DNA from: Mayamaea pseudoterrestris
Taxonomy: Eukaryota
NCBI GenBank assembly: GCA_027923505.1
Contig: BROI01000018.1
Coordinates: forward strand, 248,001-312,000
Direction: 5' to 3'
Length of the DNA stretch: 64,000 nucleotides
Positions 59,581-64,000 of the stretch are shown piece after piece. Numbering within the stretch: the stretch's first letter is position 1; each line of letters opens with the position of its first letter. Both the position numbers and the translations under genes were made by a program. The notes beneath the pieces were generated by a model. The model had not been told where the DNA came from and did not search any database. It saw only the letters and a list, made by a program, of their open reading frames with translations.

Positions 59581-62366
59581 TTAAGGCATCCCATCAAATG
59601 CAGCGATGATCTCGCTAAAGGTCGGTCTTTCCTCGGGTACTCTCTTGATACACGAGCGGATTACAGTTTGCAGCGACGGTGGACACCATTTCGGTATCTC
59701 TGGGCGCTGGTCGCGATTCAGGACAGCCAGGGCGCACTGGATAGGAGTCATGCCGTCATATGGGCATAGACGCGAGAGAAGCTCCCAAAGAATGATACCA
59801 TATGAGTAGATATCCGCCTTTTCATCATAGCTCATATTAGACAGAACTTCCTGTATCAAAAATGAGGATTATAATGTTAGTTGCATCGCGTGTCATGCTT
59901 CTGTCGGCCAAGCTGCTTGCTGTCTCAAGCGGACATCGCTGACGCAAATATATGCTTGATTCTTACCGGAGCCATCCACTGCACAGTTCCACAAGATCCT
60001 GTCATACTATCATTTGCCTTCAATCGTGACAAACCGAAGTCACAGACCTTGGCAGTGTAGCTCTCATCCAATAATATATTAGCGCTCTGTAAATATCAAA
60101 GAAACCGCCGTTAGTATACGCTTTCATGGCAGCAAATTAATACTCACTGTTCAGCAGATACCTTTAAATCACGATGTAGCACTGGCGGCTTGCCACTGTG
60201 CAGATAGGCCATGCCGCGAGCGGCACCGCACGCAACGCGCTTCACAAGCTCCCACGGCCAAGTGTCACGAGGCGGTATCGGAGGAGGCAGTCGCGAAGAC
60301 GGTCCAGGAGGAGCTCCATGACGTGCATCTGGCAAATACAACCGCATCGGCCAAGCTTGCCGAGTTTGCCCATCGCATGCGATGTACGGAGGACACAATG
60401 GCAAGCGCAACGCATCCCACAATGATCCATTCGCGGCAAGCTCGGTGATAATGGCTCGGTTTGGATGATCCAGACAAGCGCCCATGTACAAACATATGTT
60501 AGGATGGCGCATTCCCTTTAAGAGATTTATCTCGGCAACGAATTCCTGAAGAACAGGTTTTGGAATGTTTTTGCTCTGCGCAGACCCCGTCAGAATCTTC
60601 ACAGCAACAGGAGTTCCATTCCAGATGGCTCTCCAAACCTGGCCAAATCCACCTCCACCAATGACGTCAACAAGTTTCAACTCCTTGAAGTCAATAGCAC
60701 CCTGGAGCGACGCAGACGCATTTGTCGAGCTGGTCAAATCAGCTCGCTTGTGTTGAATATTTTTCCTCGGATCATTTGATAGCATCTCATAACTGGAATC
60801 TGTATCATCATCGCTAGCGTCGGCTGCTACCAAGAGCTCGCTTCTACTGCTACCGCCATGCGACGTGGCGATTCGATCCTCCAACTGGCGCGACTCTTCG
60901 GCGACGCGGGCCTTCCAGTGCGAAACATTGCCCGACTCCATCATTTGGTAGAGCTGCAAATCGTCAAGCTTGACCGACATTGGCGGTCCTTGCGTTTGCT
61001 GCTGCTGCCGCTGCAACGTTGGAATGAACGGGAATGGTAATGACTCGTCAGACTGGGGCTCGTCAGCCCGCCTCCGCAAGTACGGTGATGATGCAAATTG
61101 AAATGCATCGTCGCGCAAGGGACTGCTTGAACCGGATTTCTGATCTGGTAATTGCGGCATATAACCGTCAACCCGTGGCAGTATGCGTCTCTGATTTCCA
61201 ATTCGGGGAGTCCCTTCAATCGCGCCCGAGTATGTGGGCATTGCCGGAGGAGGAAGCGAAAATACAAGGAAATCAACCGCCGGTGACGACTTTTCAGCAG
61301 CTGCACAACCTAACAGCTGATCATCATGCCCGGGAGAAAGCAGCAAATGATTCTCACGAGGCCGCATCCTCGGCCCTAATGCTGGTGACGCATTGTGCGT
61401 CGAATCTGTCGCTAAACGGCGATCAGTCAACTCGCAGCGCGTCCGTGGCGTACGCAAAGGCCTATCCGAGTCAGGTGTAGTCGTTGAAAAGGAAGATGCT
61501 GTTGACAAAGGCTGAGGATTCATCGTGGTCCGCTGAGGAGGCGCATATAAATGCTGCGCCATGACGGCTCGTTCCGGAATTGGAGAAATGCCTGGGTTGA
61601 CGTTTACCACCAGGCGCGAGCTCCTCGTCGACGAGCATGGGCTCTTGCCTGCAAAACTACTTGCCGCTGCTGGAGAAACGGCACCGAGAAGCAAGGGCGA
61701 ATGCTGGTAGCTAGGTTGTGGTGGAGGATACGCAGTGGCTACTGCTGCTGCTGCGTTCGCTGCTGGCATAGGTAGATTACTTGGCTTGCGGCGATGTCGA
61801 TGCTGTTGTTGAACATGTAAACCATGATCCGGCGTATGGTATGGATAATAGTTCATTGCCATATTCTCTCCATTCGATGCTTCAGTAGTCAGATCCTGGC
61901 TTTGACTAAAGCTTTCGTCAATGTCATGGTTGTCGTCCTCATCCTCGTTCCATTCGTCAGTCTTCTTCTTGGCCCGCCTCCAAGCTCGCGCAGCCCTGCT
62001 GCGTCTGTAAAGCTTGCGATCTTGAGTTTGCGAGTCCGACAATATATGCAAAAAGAATGCACCAAGTAGAATAATCGTCAGCAGCATTGCCCAAGCTGAG
62101 AAATGCCATGGTGTCGTTGGATGTCGATGGCGACCGGCAACTCGATTCGTGCTACTGGTAGCCTCCTGCAGATCCTTGAAATACAAGTCAAATCGCTCCG
62201 CCGACGAAAGAGCTGGATGCTCCTGCGCCGCCAGTCGAGGGTCTTTTTCTCGACGACGAACATTGGCGTTCCAGTCGCGAGCCTTTTTGGGTTCCGCCAC
62301 CTTGACGTTGCCGTCGCCCAAGCCCGCAATGTAGTGCGGGGTTCGTACACGCTTCAAGCCTCCCAT
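59581..62366 (-). CDS. Tyrosine-kinase-like (Raf/CTR1-like) protein kinase with N-terminal TM segment; exons 62366-60162, 60086-59967, 59850-59581
   Basis: GGGGFG, VAVK, HRDLK|SANILL, DFG, GTVQWMAP|E and DIYSYG. Two GT-AG introns keep the frame. Confidence 0.95.
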
Positions 62367-62856
62367 GGTGCAGATTGTTACAAAAACAACTTATTCGCGA
62401 TCAGGATCTGATCGAATATGAAAGTGGCTGCTCCGAGTAGTCGTTTACTCACGTTGAGTTGAGCTGCCGCCGACAGTGATCTTCCTTAAAACAACGCACC
62501 GAATTCACATTCGTGTCACAGTCGCACTGCACCACTGCAATTCTCTCGACGGAAACGCTAGAGATTGTCGTCAGATAAGACGCGACAAAGCAAGGAAATC
62601 TTCAGCAACTAGATTATAATCGCTGTAACAGTTTAATCGACTGCTTGCTTGTTTTAATCCTGCAAGATTTGACGGCGCGGCACTGCGAAATGGCGCGGTT
62701 CATCTCGTGTCCGGGCCATTAAGAAATGTGTCTTTTCATTGCCGCGAACCTCTTATCGAACAGAGTAGCTACCGGGATTTGTCAAGCTACTGTTAGTAAA
62801 GCATCCAAAGCTATGTTACTGGATTGTACAATGGAAAAGACTTTACAGCTGAAATG

Positions 62857-62980
62857 ATGAACGAATAAATAGGCTTGTCCGTGGATCGCCCAGGGCGAGC
62901 AATGCTGACCAAGAAGAATGAACGAATAAAAAAGGCTCGTCCATGGATAGCCCATGGCGAGCAGGGCTGACCAAGAAGAA
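62857..62980. repeat. Imperfect 61-bp tandem duplication just downstream of the LPAAT stop codon
   Basis: ATGAACGAATAAATAGGCTTGTCC...CTGACCAAGAAGA occurs at 62857 and 62918. Confidence 0.85.
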
Positions 62981-62981
62981 T

Positions 62982-63887
62982 CTACTTCTCCTTCTTGCTG
63001 CCGCTTCCTGGAGGAGGCGGCAAGACGCTGTAAATGACATCTGCGCATTGTTGCTTGAGCGCTTCTCGATCTTCAGTCCCGGTCACTTGAATTGGCTTGT
63101 GTATCGTCAGCCTCACCTCTGGACATTGATTCCATAGCAGCGAAAAGGGATAAGCAGTATTCCAGCCCTTTTTTGGCATTTCCAGCGAAATGGGCACAAT
63201 CATGCTCTTATTCGTTTGCGCTACGATAAAGGCTCCATCTTTGAAAGCAAGTCGTTCGGCCTGACTCCGCGTTCCTTGAGGGAAAAAGAACATTGGAAGG
63301 CCCTTTTGTATTGCTTCGTTAGACTTCTCGTACAAGTTGGAGACACTCTTCTTGTTCTTTCCACTCCGCTTTATCAAAACATGGCCTCCCAAATACATGA
63401 CGCCGCCAACGCCTGGCAAGAACAAAACGCTCGACTTGGCGACCCACAGGAAGCGTCGGTTAAAGAAATAAACGGACGCGGCGTCCATCTGACTGGCATG
63501 GTTCGAAATATAAACTGGCGCTGGAACCATGTTAGGTTCCGGTAGATTCTCCTCTCCCATGACTTGCACGTCGCCGACAAAGCACCGAATAATAATGACA
63601 GCCGCCCAGTGTTCGACCCAGCGATTCATCTCCAGAGCAAGGTCGGATGTTCCAAGTGTCAATATCCATCGGATACATACAATGATGGATCCGAGAAAGC
63701 AGATTGTGAACCAAACCAGATTGAACAGAAATACTTTTAGTACCCCAAAGATAGAGAGCGATGGCAGTCCCTCTGGTGCCCAAATCTTGGCCTCTTGAAA
63801 GACACCCATGGCTGACCCGAGCGTCATGGTTAGTGCCAAATACGCTACCAGCAGTAGCCCAACGTAGTATATGAGAATGGAAAGCAT
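62982..63887 (-). CDS. 1-acyl-sn-glycerol-3-phosphate acyltransferase (LPAAT/PlsC family)
   Basis: NHASQMD (HX4D), FPQGTRS and N-terminal TM helices. The frame stays open to the window edge, so the true start may lie upstream of 63887. Confidence 0.92.
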   Translation of the reverse strand: MLSILIYYVGLLLVAYLALTMTLGSAMGVFQEAKIWAPEGLPSLSIFGVLKVFLFNLVWFTICFLGSIIVCIRWILTLGTSDLALEMNRWVEHWAAVIIIRCFVGDVQVMGEENLPEPNMVPAPVYISNHASQMDAASVYFFNRRFLWVAKSSVLFLPGVGGVMYLGGHVLIKRSGKNKKSVSNLYEKSNEAIQKGLPMFFFPQGTRSQAERLAFKDGAFIVAQTNKSMIVPISLEMPKKGWNTAYPFSLLWNQCPEVRLTIHKPIQVTGTEDREALKQQCADVIYSVLPPPPGSGSKKEK

Positions 63888-64000
63888 AGTATCAAAAGTT
63901 AAAGGCAGCAGCCTCGATGACGAAGGAGAGGACAAAGTGGAAGCTGCAGATGCAGACGGACGATGGAAAAAGCGCCCTGCATTGTTAATGCGACAAGATG

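Overview
Eukaryotic nuclear DNA. Compact genes, short GT-AG introns and an RxL-type surface protein suggest a diatom or related stramenopile (inference). About half the window is tandem satellite of three families with nucleosome-sized monomers. A 169-bp family occupies 1-19454 on the + strand and reappears inverted and diverged at 38631-39730 and 48681-49650. A ~175-bp family lies at 19453-20280. A 162-bp family lies at ~39727-48680, nested inside the inverted 169-bp array. Embedded in the first array (11013-14767) is an apparently non-autonomous tyrosine-recombinase (DIRS/Ngaro/PAT-like) element. It has ~235-bp terminal direct repeats, a ~697-codon ORF1 split by 481 bp of host satellite, only the C-terminal remnant of the recombinase, no RT/RNase H, and a hairpin-rich 3' region. 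Its left end coincides with the breakpoint of a 4839-bp satellite duplication. Two islands of ordinary genes make up the rest. 20.4-38.3 kb: HRI1-like, bHLH, organellar IF2, MetAP1, PDH E2, a membrane protein, HEATR5. 50-64 kb: mucin-like type I membrane protein, FKBP-MsrA fusion, hotdog-fold protein, p23, Cys-rich protein, DeSI/PPPDE, TKL kinase, LPAAT. The many short ORFs over the satellites are artefacts of the repeats.
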